Shown piece after piece: positions 38,561 to 48,685 of a DNA stretch of 64,000 nucleotides (positions are counted from its first letter, which is position 1; the number at the start of each line of letters is the position of its first letter). This DNA is from Candidatus Poribacteria bacterium (GTDB lineage Bacteria > Poribacteria > WGA-4E > WGA-3G), in contig OZ251518.1 of the NCBI GenBank assembly GCA_965242965.1, positions 1,632,001 to 1,696,000 of the forward strand, read 5' to 3'. The notes below the pieces were generated by a model. It searched no databases. It was given only the letters and a program-made list of their open reading frames with translations, and had not been told where the DNA came from. The translations under genes were made by a program, and so were the position numbers.

Positions 38561-41557
38561 ATGATCAAGGAAAATACAGTCACGACGAAAGTTCGTGAAT
38601 TGCTCAGTAAGATGACACACGGCTGGACATTCCGAGAACAGCAGGCGGCGTTCGTAGGTAACCAGCGCACGCCCGACATTATAGCGATGCGGGATGGACG
38701 AGAGACAGTTGCCATTGAGGCGAAGGCGCATAACAAGGACATCGCCGATGCGGTGGCCGAACTCCAAACGGATTACTTCGGGCAGCGTTTAAAACCGCAG
38801 TATCAACGTGTCTCCCCGACGTTAACGGCAGGACTAGCACTGCGATACCCGAAGGCGGTGCAGGACATTGACGACGACGAGCTGGAGCACGCGCTAGTCC
38901 ATACAGATGCGATTGACTACTGCGTGATAACGGCGGACGGCGAGGGCAACTTCCCGAAATCGGGATATGCCACAGGTTCACTGCAGGACATCGCAACGGC
39001 GTTACACATCGGTGCATCGCCGACGAAAAAGATCGCCGAAGTCGCTGAAGTCTACAGCGCGGGCATGGAGGCGTGGTCTAAGGACATCGAACGCTCGATT
39101 CAAGTTCGTCCTGTTATCGGTGACATGCTGGCGGAGATTCTGGGGCAAGAGGCTACCGAAGAAGCTTGTAAAATGGCGTGCATGTTCGTCATCGATGCGT
39201 TCATCTTCCAGAATGCTGTTGCTGGGAAAAACGGCTTCGAGGAAGTGCGGGGACTGGAGCATTATGATGACGACGCGCAGATCGACTACAAAGGTATTAT
39301 CGCTAACTGGGTTCGTATTCTGAAAGTGAACTACGTCCCGATTTTCAACGATGCTGTTGCGATTGTCAAAGTGATGCGCGAGTATGACGTGGCGATGGCG
39401 CGGCGTGTGTTAAAAGGCCTGTTGCAAACGGCGAACGAGATCTGCCACTCCCATCTAGCGCAGGTTCAGGAGATTGGGGGCGAGCTGTTCCAGAAGCTCG
39501 TCGTAGACCGCGATTACGTAAAGGCGCACTATACACTGCCTGAAAGTGCGGCACTGCTGTCTGCACTGGTTTGCCCCGACATTGATGTCGACAACTTGCC
39601 GAAAGTCGCCGACTACGCCTGCGGGACAGGCGCGCTAATTAACGGCGTTTACAAGCGGATTCAGAGTCTCTACGAGCGGAAGACAGGGACGAGTAGTCAG
39701 GAAATTCATCGCGTGATGGTTGAAAACAATCTGGGGGCATCCGATATTTATCCACACACGACGCATCTGACGTTCACGGCGATGGCGGCGACGCATCCGA
39801 CGACAACATTAGGTAAGACCCGGGTCATCACTGCACCCTACGGGATGCTGGACGATGAATCCTACAAAATCGGTTCGCTGGAACTACTGGATACCAAACA
39901 GTTGGATCTGCGGACGATGGGGACGCTGGCGGCGCAGATCATCGGTGACGACGACATCGCAACCGTCGACTACAAGCGGGAATTCCCCGATGACGAGATG
40001 GATATCGTTATCATGAATCCGCCATTCTCGCGGCCGGGCGCAAATAACGGCAGGAGAAATGCCTACAGCACTTTTCAAAGTTCGTCGCACGAAGACGATG
40101 TGCAGGCGGAATTGCAGCGCAGACTGAACAATATGCCTACGCGGTTTTACTCCGCAAAGGCGGGGTTTGCAGCGGCATTCGTCGAAATGGCAGATTGCAA
40201 ACTGAAAGAAGGCGGGTGCGCAGGTTTCATTCTTCCACAAACAATGATGACAGCTCTTAGTTGGAATACTGTTCGTAACCTGTTTGCAACGGAGTATCAT
40301 AATGTGCTCGTGGTAACATTGTCTAGCCATCGCGCATTAGATATGGCATTTTCGCACGATACCGGTATGGCGGAGTGCATGGTTGTTGCGACGAAGGGCG
40401 TGGATGTTACTGCGTCGATTCCGACCGGTCGCGCGCGTTTTGTCTGCCTGAATTCCCGTCCCGATAGTCTCTTATCGGCGGAGATGATTGCAGGCAAAAT
40501 CCGTAGTGCAGATGGTAGTCGTCGGTTAGACGGTGCGCCGAATGGCGGCGATGAACTTTACATCGGTGCGGGCAATTTCGGTAGGATGCTGGATGCGCCC
40601 ATCGGTGAACGTGAGTGGGTTGTCGCCCGTGCGAATTCGCTGTCTCTCCTCCAAACAGCGTATAATCTGAGTGTTGGGCGGTTACATCTACCACAGATGC
40701 GCACGGGGCATTCGGTCCCGATAGCGACGATCGGCGATGTGGGTGTGGTTGGTTATGCACATCAGAAAATAAAATCGCCGAAGACAGGGGCATTTGATAT
40801 GCATCCCCGACAGGCAGCCACACAAGATGGTTACGATGCGCTCTGGCAATCGCATGCGCAGAGCCAACGGGCGATGACAGCACATCCTGATTTCAAAGCC
40901 CAAATTCGTATAGGCAAAGAGAAGTCAGCCGATGATGTTTTGAGACGAACGAGTCGAACACATTTTCACATGAATCCCAAATATAGTTCGTCTTCGATGT
41001 TGGCATCCTATACCGAGAAGCCTGCAATTGGCGTATGCTCATTAACGGATGTCAAATTGGCGAACCCTACCCATGATTCCGTGTGGACGTTATGGGCAAA
41101 TTCAACGCTAGGCTTGCTGTGTCATTGGCTGAATGCTGGTAAACAACAAGAAGGCCGGGCCAGATACAATGATAGCCAAATCCAGAATGTCCCGACGCTT
41201 GACGTTCGCCAGCTTACTGACAATCAGTTGGCGGCGGCAGATCGGATATTCGCTGACTTAAAGGCAGTGCGGATGCTGCCGTATAACGAGTGTGCATGGG
41301 ACGAATGGCGGCACGTTCTGGATGCCCGGCTGCTGTCCGAGGTGCTGGGTATCAGTGACAGAGAGATTCATGAGGCGATGCAGAATCTTCGGGAGATGCT
41401 TTGCGCCGAGCCTACGATTGCTGGCACGAAGAAGTCTACCTGTGATCTTGAAGCAGAACGCGCAAAGTTCGATCTGGGCGGCTGTCCGGTGGCTGATAAG
41501 CAGGCGTTGGATGCGCAGCAAGACCGCCTACGGCAGCGGGGGATTTACCTCCCGTAG
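38561..41557 (+). CDS. Single-chain Type IIG-like restriction-modification enzyme (REase, gamma N6-MTase, TRD)
   Basis: N-terminal 'TPDII...IEAK'; 'YTLP', 'DYACGTG', 'MNPPF'. Confidence 0.85.
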   Translation: MIKENTVTTKVRELLSKMTHGWTFREQQAAFVGNQRTPDIIAMRDGRETVAIEAKAHNKDIADAVAELQTDYFGQRLKPQYQRVSPTLTAGLALRYPKAVQDIDDDELEHALVHTDAIDYCVITADGEGNFPKSGYATGSLQDIATALHIGASPTKKIAEVAEVYSAGMEAWSKDIERSIQVRPVIGDMLAEILGQEATEEACKMACMFVIDAFIFQNAVAGKNGFEEVRGLEHYDDDAQIDYKGIIANWVRILKVNYVPIFNDAVAIVKVMREYDVAMARRVLKGLLQTANEICHSHLAQVQEIGGELFQKLVVDRDYVKAHYTLPESAALLSALVCPDIDVDNLPKVADYACGTGALINGVYKRIQSLYERKTGTSSQEIHRVMVENNLGASDIYPHTTHLTFTAMAATHPTTTLGKTRVITAPYGMLDDESYKIGSLELLDTKQLDLRTMGTLAAQIIGDDDIATVDYKREFPDDEMDIVIMNPPFSRPGANNGRRNAYSTFQSSSHEDDVQAELQRRLNNMPTRFYSAKAGFAAAFVEMADCKLKEGGCAGFILPQTMMTALSWNTVRNLFATEYHNVLVVTLSSHRALDMAFSHDTGMAECMVVATKGVDVTASIPTGRARFVCLNSRPDSLLSAEMIAGKIRSADGSRRLDGAPNGGDELYIGAGNFGRMLDAPIGEREWVVARANSLSLLQTAYNLSVGRLHLPQMRTGHSVPIATIGDVGVVGYAHQKIKSPKTGAFDMHPRQAATQDGYDALWQSHAQSQRAMTAHPDFKAQIRIGKEKSADDVLRRTSRTHFHMNPKYSSSSMLASYTEKPAIGVCSLTDVKLANPTHDSVWTLWANSTLGLLCHWLNAGKQQEGRARYNDSQIQNVPTLDVRQLTDNQLAAADRIFADLKAVRMLPYNECAWDEWRHVLDARLLSEVLGISDREIHEAMQNLREMLCAEPTIAGTKKSTCDLEAERAKFDLGGCPVADKQALDAQQDRLRQRGIYLP

Positions 41558-41644
41558 CCGTAGCGCAGATCATCAAAACCTCCGCTTTTTCTTTATGATT
41601 TCTTCCCGAAATCCTCCAGAAATCGTAAAAATAGTATATTTAAC

Positions 41645-42265
41645 TGAGGGTGTTTCATAAATCGCTCAACGTCGCGGTGACATGCCCCGCGCTACGATGA
41701 AAAAAAACGCCGCCCCTTTACGTAGGGCGAGGGCCTGTCCCTCGCCATGCTGCGATCGCGGGGGACAGGCCCCCGCGCTACGGTTAAAAACAGTCCCCTT
41801 CATCGTAGGGCTTGGGCCCTCGCATGCCACACGCGCATCCGAGCGGGTTCCCCTCGCCATCGTCCGCGCACTCCAACGATCGCGGGGGACAGGCCCCCGC
41901 ACTACGATGAAAAAACGGTTCTTAGGTCCGTAGGACCTTAATGTCTATAGCACGTGAGGATGCAAAGAACGCTAAGGTCTGTAAGACCTTAGTGTGTTTT
42001 GACGCACTGCGTGGTTTTTATTAAGGACCTAAAGGACCTTGACGTGAGCCGGCACGTTTTTCTATAGACATTAAGGACCTAAAGGACCTAAAACGCCGCT
42101 GCTTGCCGATGGCCAACGCGGGGAACAGGCGGGATAATCGAGACCGGGAGGTCTCTCCTACCGGGAAGAAATCGAGACCAGGAGGTCTCGCCTACGGGGA
42201 CATCACAGGCATTGAGACCAGGAGGTCTCTCCTACGGGTGTGCATCGAAATATGAAACACTCTCA
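41645..42265. mobile_element. MITE-like cassette with 15-bp TIRs (621 bp)
   Basis: ttaac-tgagggtgtttcata ... tatgaaacactctca-attaa; cargo A/A2/D/B modules. Confidence 0.75.
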
Positions 42266-42310
42266 ATTAATTTTTTTCGATAAAATTTCGTCAGGAATTC
42301 CACGATAGCC

Positions 42311-42709
42311 TCAGAAGGCATCGTTCACCTCTGTCAATCCCAACTCTGCACTCATCTCTCGCAAGGTTTTCCCGCGCCGCTTTCCTAAAGCCATCAGGCT
42401 TTCGATGCGCTTCAGGTTCCTGGCATACAACTCGCTCAGCAACGCCTGATACTCCGCAAGTTCAACATCGGTGATGGTTTCATCCTCGCATTTGCGCCAC
42501 AACGCCTGATACCGCTGATGCTTTTCGCCCGGCAGACATGAATTTTCGTAGATAGAGGCTAACAGCGCGGTTTCGTCTGGAATGTCCCGCAGCTTCTGCC
42601 ACTCGGCAAACCGTTCGGTAAACTCCCACAATTCGGTGGGAGATAACTGTCTGACGTTATCAAGCAGGCATTCTACCGTTAATTGCCTCGTTCCTTCGTT
42701 GATTGACAT
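42311..42709 (-). CDS. Small helical hypothetical protein (antitoxin-like)
   Basis: AGGAGG RBS; 'VRQLSPTEL...RYQALWRK...ELAEYQAL...KRIESLMAL'. Confidence 0.65.
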   Translation of the reverse strand: MSINEGTRQLTVECLLDNVRQLSPTELWEFTERFAEWQKLRDIPDETALLASIYENSCLPGEKHQRYQALWRKCEDETITDVELAEYQALLSELYARNLKRIESLMALGKRRGKTLREMSAELGLTEVNDAF

Positions 42710-42739
42710 CTCTTTCCTCCTATATGGTATTTTGGTTAA

Positions 42740-43017
42740 ATTTCGTGATACCCCGAACGATTCCGTTTCCCCGGTAGGAGAGACCTCCTGGTCTCGATGC
42801 ACCACCGTAGCGCGGGGGCCTGTCCCCCGCGATCGTTGGATGCCGCGTGCGCGGACGATGGCGAGGGACAGGCCCTCGCCCTACGATAACACGAACCGTT
42901 ATTTCCCGTAGCGCGGGGGCCTGTCCCCCGCGATCTCCATCGTCCCGATGTGTGTTTCCCCATCTGTAGTTTGTGATCGCCTGATCACAAACAGGTCAGG
43001 ATCAGGCGATCCTGACC
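42740..43017. repeat. Composite palindromic array (B, A, A, A, C)
   Basis: Begins tttcgtgataccccgaacgattccgtttccccggtagg, also present near 26538. Confidence 0.8.
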
Positions 43018-44474
43018 TAATTTATCTCCTTAATGTCAAGTGTTTTTAGCGTGCGGAATTCTCCCAAAACAGCAAGGCCTCCCCCATAAAACAACACCGC
43101 CAACGGAATCAACACCCAAACCGACAGCAACCCTCTCATCAAAACTAAACCCACTCCCATCAAAACCGAAAGGACAACCGCCTTGACAATAAATCCCGTT
43201 TCGGTAAGTTTGGCAAGCCGCTTTGAGATGTAGCCGAACCCGACGATGAGCAGATACGCCTCGCTAATACACATCGCTATCGCCGCACCGACGTGGCTGA
43301 AGCGCGGAATGAGGAACAGATTCAAACCGATGTTCAGCAGTGCCGTTGTCGCCATTAGGAGCGAAAACGCACGGCGTTTATCCGCTGCGCGGAGCACCGT
43401 CAGAACCACAGTCGTTAGGAAGATGAGGCCGCCGGAACCTCCGAGCCATCGCAATGCTGCCGCGATGTTATCTACCGTCTCTGCAGTAAACAACGCTGCG
43501 GTAATCTCGTGGGAGAGGGTTGTAAGCCCCACGGCGAACGGGATGCCGCTCAGCACCATCCATCGCACGCCGAACGTGTATGCCTTCGGGAAATCACCCG
43601 GTGCCTTCTCAAATGCGCGGGAGAGAACGGGAAACATCGCGCCCATCATGAACGCGCCCGGCAGAATTGTGAACGCGTTGACCAGCGTATACGCTAAACC
43701 ATACCACGAATTCGCCTCCACGCCGTCCGGACTCAGTTTTGACAACAGCACCGCGTCGATGCGAAAGTAGACTAGGTTGAAGAGATTGCCGACTGCGAAC
43801 GGCAATGCCTGTCGCATCAGCACTGAGATAATCTGCCAGTTCAACTTAAAACGGAGCGGCGTAAATCGGTAACGGGTTACTGCAACGCTCAATAGCAAAT
43901 TGATGCAACTCGCCGCGAGCATGACTTGACAGATAGTCACCAGTCCATAACCGAGCAAAATCGCGCCGCCGCCGATGAGGACGAAAGCACCGCGTTCTGC
44001 CACCACCGTCAGTGCCTCATATTTCATCTGTTCGTGCGCGCGGAAGACGCAACGATACAGTTGCGCGATAGAATTCGCAATCTCTGCCAACCCTAAAAAA
44101 ACTATCATCTTGACGATGAGCGGGGTGTAGCCGAGTTGCACGCCGCTCATCACCATGATGGCATAAGCGATGAGCGATAGGACTCCGCGCACGAGGAGCG
44201 CGTTGCCGAGAAATTGCCGAGTGCGCGGCAAGTCCAGCGTCATCTCCCGGATGAGCGGGTTTTGAAGTCCCAATTCTGTCAAAATTGCGATGAGGTTCGT
44301 CAGCGCAATCGCGACGAAGTAGCCGCCGAGCGCGCTTTCGGTAAAATACCGCGGCATCAGCCAGATGGTTATCACTAGCGCGCCGAGTCTACCCAGGAGG
44401 TGCGCGCCAAAAAGTGTGGACGTGTTTTGGAATATTTTTGTTGTTCGCATCGGTGGCGTGCTTACGCGATGCAA
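43017..44474 (-). CDS. Wzx/MOP-family polysaccharide flippase
   Basis: Many TMs; 'ELGLQNPLIRE', 'YFRIDAVLL', 'LNLFLIPRFSHVGAAIA'; start uncertain. Confidence 0.9.
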   Translation of the reverse strand: MHRVSTPPMRTTKIFQNTSTLFGAHLLGRLGALVITIWLMPRYFTESALGGYFVAIALTNLIAILTELGLQNPLIREMTLDLPRTRQFLGNALLVRGVLSLIAYAIMVMSGVQLGYTPLIVKMIVFLGLAEIANSIAQLYRCVFRAHEQMKYEALTVVAERGAFVLIGGGAILLGYGLVTICQVMLAASCINLLLSVAVTRYRFTPLRFKLNWQIISVLMRQALPFAVGNLFNLVYFRIDAVLLSKLSPDGVEANSWYGLAYTLVNAFTILPGAFMMGAMFPVLSRAFEKAPGDFPKAYTFGVRWMVLSGIPFAVGLTTLSHEITAALFTAETVDNIAAALRWLGGSGGLIFLTTVVLTVLRAADKRRAFSLLMATTALLNIGLNLFLIPRFSHVGAAIAMCISEAYLLIVGFGYISKRLAKLTETGFIVKAVVLSVLMGVGLVLMRGLLSVWVLIPLAVLFYGGGLAVLGEFRTLKTLDIKEIN

Positions 44475-44489
44475 TGCACGCAGTTTGTA

Positions 44490-44720
44490 TGAGGGTGTTT
44501 CATATATCGCTCAGCGTCGCGGTGAAACCCGCTCGGATGCGCGTGTGGCATCCGAGGGCCCCGCGCTGCGGTGAAAAAAACGCCGCCCGTTCACGTAGGG
44601 CGAGGGCCTGTCCCTCGCCATGTGTTCGGTTGTCAGAGCACATCACCCCTGTAGAGCAGGAGCACCTGCTCCTGATCCGTTCGGGAGCGGGTGCTCCCGA
44701 ACTACAGAGATGGGCCCTGC
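44490..44720. repeat. TIR half-site plus A2, A, C modules
   Basis: tgagggtgtttcata at 44490; no partner TIR seen. Confidence 0.8.
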
Positions 44721-44732
44721 GATGCTATTTTT

Positions 44733-47700
44733 CTACAAAGGCCATCCCCCATGCCGTGCAATTTCCGACTCGATTTCTGTCATCACCGATAGGGTTTCGC
44801 GCAGGGCTTGGCAGATAGACTGATAGTGCCGAATATCCTCTGGCTGCAAGATGCGTCCCTTCCGAACTTTCAACCAATTTTGAGCGGGTGGATACGCGCC
44901 AATCTGAAATTGCCACACTTCTGGGACGACTCCCTCGAAATACTGATGCCTGTTTATCCAGACCTGGCGCGCCGAATTATCATAGCGAACTTGCCCGACA
45001 ACGTTGCTACCCACCACATCAAAGCGAGGTTCGTTTTTATCAACCGTGTCCTCTGGGGTTAGGATATGGCAATTGACTAATCGTTTGCCAAGTTGACACA
45101 ACCCGCGGAAAAGGTTTGGCTGATGTGTAAACGCAACCCGCGGAAAATCGGTTTTGAGGAATTCGGCGTAGCGTTCCCGATAGGTAGGCGCATAAAGCAC
45201 GGCATAGAGATAGTGTAGGACATCCGCCGCGCCGAAAGTTTCGCGTCCATCGCCACAACCGCATCCGATAAAACGCATGCCGAGGTTTGTCGCGAGTTTT
45301 TCGGCAAATCCTTCCGCAAAGTTCGGCTCAGGTTCTTCGCTACCATCAGGGTAACGGTAGAGCGGAAAAAAGTAATGCTGGTCTGCACAGGCCACCATAG
45401 TGTTAGCGACAAAGGCATGGCACCAAGGGGTTGCTTGTGGATTTTGACGGACGGTGACGAGTCCAATATTTGTCCTGCCAAAGAAGTGCTGCATGACAGG
45501 GACACGCGGACTATTGTGGATGCCCTCGGAGCGGCCTGTCCAATACGTGAATTGGATATCAAAGGCACGGTAACAGACAGGGACAGTGTGCTTTTCCCTA
45601 TCCGGATGGGCGCGTAAATCCTCTTGTATGCGCTGCACCGATGCATTTTTGGACAACTTAAAGCGGCTGCGCGCCTCAGCCTCTGACAGCGCACAAAATC
45701 TATTGACAGTCTGATAGACTTCCTCTCGCGTCCACTGAAATGCCAATCTATTTTTCCCGCTTATGATACCGATGGAGTTAACCGGAAAAATTTCCCTCAT
45801 GCCGAGCCCCTTCTCATATTCTTCCCGGTAAGTTCCCTCTTTGGGAACGAGGAAATAGTTAGGCGACATCGGAGAAAGTTCACGCCACTTCGTGGTGTGG
45901 ATATCGTTTTCCGATAACCAGTCTGTTTTGCTGGCGCGGTTCCCCCAAAGATCTGCGTAAAATACGCGGCAAGGCCCTTTCGCGTTTCCTTCCTTCTTGA
46001 CAAAGAAACCGATTGCAACGCCTTGCTGGATGTCAAACACGTTCTCGTCTTTCCCACCGTCGGGAGTTCTCTCTTTTTTTCGGAGATTCCCGTGTAGATT
46101 GAGCAGGTAGATTTCGTCAAACGCGTTCAGCAAACTTTCCCGCATCCCCTTGAAGGTGAGGTTATCAAGGTAGCCGTGGTTGGTAATGCAACCGAGCACG
46201 CCATAACCTGTCCGTTCAATATGCCACTGCGCGAACCTGAAAAATTTGACGTAGTCGTCATTGAGCATTTTCGGGTTTCTCTCGTTGAGCGGCTGTCCAT
46301 CGACTTGGAAGTAGTTCGCTGTCGCAATGTCGCTACCGTCGGAGCCGCGCAGCAAGTTATGAATCCAATCGCTTTTGTTTGCGGAGTTGACAGCGTAAGG
46401 CGGGTTGCCGAGGATTACCATCAGTTGATACAACTTCTTAATCTTGATGGCGGCATCGCCTTCCTTCGCGATAGGGTTTTCTTCCGCGAGATAGAGTTGC
46501 AAGTCACGTTCATCCAGCGTATTGGTGAGGTAAACGTGCAGCCGTTCGTCTTCCGTAAAGTGGTATCCCATTCCGGCGAGGTGCTGCGTTAAACTGAGGT
46601 GACACATCGCATACGGTGCCACCATCAGTTCAAAACCGAATAGGCGCGGCAAGAGATGTTTCCGAACGTAATCAGGCCAGGTTTCCGGCGAATTACCTCG
46701 CGAGGTTATGTAGACATTATGCACCTTATCAACGACGTGCCGCAGGAAAGTGCCGGTGCCGGTAGCCGGATCGAGAATTGTTACCCGCGGTTGCGTTCGC
46801 GCTGCGCCGCTGTGTTGCGCGACGGTTTCGGTATCGGCGAGCCCATCGGGAATGCCGAAATCTCTCTGCAAAATCTGGTGAACGCTGCGCACAATGTAAG
46901 AGACAACAGCATCCGGCGTGTAGTATACCCCGCGCAACTTCTTTTCGTTCGGATTATACGCCTTTAAGAACGTCTCATAAAAATGGATAATGGCATCGCC
47001 TTGGGAGACATCCTTCAGGAGGGTGTGGATATCGAGTTCCTCAAGGAATGCCACCAAGTCGTCTACAATCCAGTTCAGGTCTGCGTCAAGCAGGATTTCT
47101 TGTGAAAGCAGGTTTGCATCTTCCTGAAGTCCCTTATCGGCACGCGTGAAAATCGCGTGCAGGAACGGGCTCGTTTTCAGGAAACCTTTCACTGCACTCT
47201 CACGTGTAAACGGCCCGGTTTTGTGTTCGGCGCGGGCGGCAAACAGGCCATACGTCATCGTTTGTGCTATCATGTCCGCGAATTGTGACGGAGATAACCC
47301 TTCAACCAGATGCTCTTTAAACGCCGCGAAGAGTTCGCCGAGTTTTGAGGCATTATCGTTTTCTAGGATACGGCTTATCCCGTAGCGAAGGAGAAGTGCC
47401 TTCTGACTCAGCCGTTCCGCCAAGTCTTCCGGGCTAATTACGACGACAGGTTGATAGCCGTAGATGAAGGCGTTCAGCAAATCACTGATGTCGGATGCGT
47501 TGTCCGGCAAATACTGGATATGCCGATGCGAGATGTCACCAAGCCGAACGCTTTGATGCTTTTCGCTCTGACGATACAGGCGGAATTCGAGATAATCTGT
47601 CAGAATCAGATTCTCTAACCCGTTGCGATATCTTTGGAGCTGCTCCGTTTCCTCAACGCTGTCAAGGTTGGCACCGATATTCTTCGCCTCAATGTAGCCG

Positions 47701-47912
47701 ACCGGCTGCTGATTCTTGAGAATGAGCATGTCCGGTGCGTTGCGGCCGAGATGCGTCGGTTCGTTGATTACCGTATACGCATCGGATTTCAGAAAATCGG
47801 TGAGTAATCGCTCAAGATTTGAGCGATACGTATGTTCGGTTGCGCGGCCGCTGTGCCATTTCTGCTCTATTTCTCTGAGATACGCCTTAAACAAGGTAGT
47901 TTCCCTCCTCAA
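44733..47912 (-). CDS. Single-chain R-M enzyme (REase, N6-MTase, Type ISP-like C-terminal specificity domain; no helicase)
   Basis: 'APD...YIEAK', 'GVYYTP', 'LDPATGTGTF', 'GNPPY', 'YAPTYRERYAEFLKTDFPRV', 'QIGAY...WLK.RKGR'. Confidence 0.9.
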   Translation of the reverse strand: MRRETTLFKAYLREIEQKWHSGRATEHTYRSNLERLLTDFLKSDAYTVINEPTHLGRNAPDMLILKNQQPVGYIEAKNIGANLDSVEETEQLQRYRNGLENLILTDYLEFRLYRQSEKHQSVRLGDISHRHIQYLPDNASDISDLLNAFIYGYQPVVVISPEDLAERLSQKALLLRYGISRILENDNASKLGELFAAFKEHLVEGLSPSQFADMIAQTMTYGLFAARAEHKTGPFTRESAVKGFLKTSPFLHAIFTRADKGLQEDANLLSQEILLDADLNWIVDDLVAFLEELDIHTLLKDVSQGDAIIHFYETFLKAYNPNEKKLRGVYYTPDAVVSYIVRSVHQILQRDFGIPDGLADTETVAQHSGAARTQPRVTILDPATGTGTFLRHVVDKVHNVYITSRGNSPETWPDYVRKHLLPRLFGFELMVAPYAMCHLSLTQHLAGMGYHFTEDERLHVYLTNTLDERDLQLYLAEENPIAKEGDAAIKIKKLYQLMVILGNPPYAVNSANKSDWIHNLLRGSDGSDIATANYFQVDGQPLNERNPKMLNDDYVKFFRFAQWHIERTGYGVLGCITNHGYLDNLTFKGMRESLLNAFDEIYLLNLHGNLRKKERTPDGGKDENVFDIQQGVAIGFFVKKEGNAKGPCRVFYADLWGNRASKTDWLSENDIHTTKWRELSPMSPNYFLVPKEGTYREEYEKGLGMREIFPVNSIGIISGKNRLAFQWTREEVYQTVNRFCALSEAEARSRFKLSKNASVQRIQEDLRAHPDREKHTVPVCYRAFDIQFTYWTGRSEGIHNSPRVPVMQHFFGRTNIGLVTVRQNPQATPWCHAFVANTMVACADQHYFFPLYRYPDGSEEPEPNFAEGFAEKLATNLGMRFIGCGCGDGRETFGAADVLHYLYAVLYAPTYRERYAEFLKTDFPRVAFTHQPNLFRGLCQLGKRLVNCHILTPEDTVDKNEPRFDVVGSNVVGQVRYDNSARQVWINRHQYFEGVVPEVWQFQIGAYPPAQNWLKVRKGRILQPEDIRHYQSICQALRETLSVMTEIESEIARHGGWPL

Positions 47913-48685
47913 TAGAGCCCTATTCTAACATAGTTCGGCACTAAAGTCCAATAGTTATCGCCATCGCCATTTTGCAAGCGTTGCGCGCCGAGATGCGCGA
48001 CTGTCGCCCCGCGAGGCGCATTGAAGATCGCATCGGCGAAGCGGATTTCTTCACCGAGTGCTGTCTGCACCGCGTCCGCGTATCTCTCAAGTCCATCGCC
48101 GACGAAGGTGCATTGCAGTAGGCGTGCCCTCCTGTTCTCGCCTTCCGGTAGGAGAGACCTCCCGGTCTCGTTTCTTTCGGGTAGGAGAGACCTCCCGGTC
48201 TCGACTCCCCCCGGTAGGAGAGACCTCCTGGTCTCGATTTCCGCAAGAACTGCCTCAATCGGTAAACACCAATCATCGGTGAGGCGTTGCCATTCGTCAC
48301 CACCGCGGAAGATAGCACCGTAACTCTCATTCCGCCGCGCGTCAAGGATAGGACAGATGAGCCCTTCAGTCCAGCGCAGATTGTAGGCGATTGCCTCCAG
48401 CGTTGAAACGCCGATGATGGGTTTGTCAAGCGCGTAACAGAGGGATTTGATTGTTGCAATGCCGATGCGGATGCCGGTGAATGAACCGGGGCCGATGCCG
48501 ACAGCGCCTCCATCTAATTCTTCAGCCGTGATGTCGCCCCATTTCAGGACGGTGTCAATCGCCGGCATGAGTCGGGAAGAGTGCGCCTTCACGATATTGA
48601 GCGTATGTTCGGCGACGAGGGATTCGCCATCAATTAAGGCGACGCTTCCGATGGGGGTTGATGTGTCAATACCTAAGATTTTCAT
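47909..48685 (-). CDS. tsaB: tRNA threonylcarbamoyladenosine biosynthesis protein TsaB with in-frame REP insertion
   Basis: 'ILGIDTST', 'HSSRLMPAI', 'GPGSFTGIRIG', 'LDARRNE', 'PNYVR'; about 40-aa insert (ET(R/G)RSLLP)x3. Confidence 0.95.
   Translation of the reverse strand: MKILGIDTSTPIGSVALIDGESLVAEHTLNIVKAHSSRLMPAIDTVLKWGDITAEELDGGAVGIGPGSFTGIRIGIATIKSLCYALDKPIIGVSTLEAIAYNLRWTEGLICPILDARRNESYGAIFRGGDEWQRLTDDWCLPIEAVLAEIETRRSLLPGGVETGRSLLPERNETGRSLLPEGENRRARLLQCTFVGDGLERYADAVQTALGEEIRFADAIFNAPRGATVAHLGAQRLQNGDGDNYWTLVPNYVRIGLY
48118..48238. repeat. Four module-B REPs inside the tsaB coding sequence
   Basis: GTAG starts at 48118, 48148, 48181, 48214 (spacings 30, 33, 33). Confidence 0.92.
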
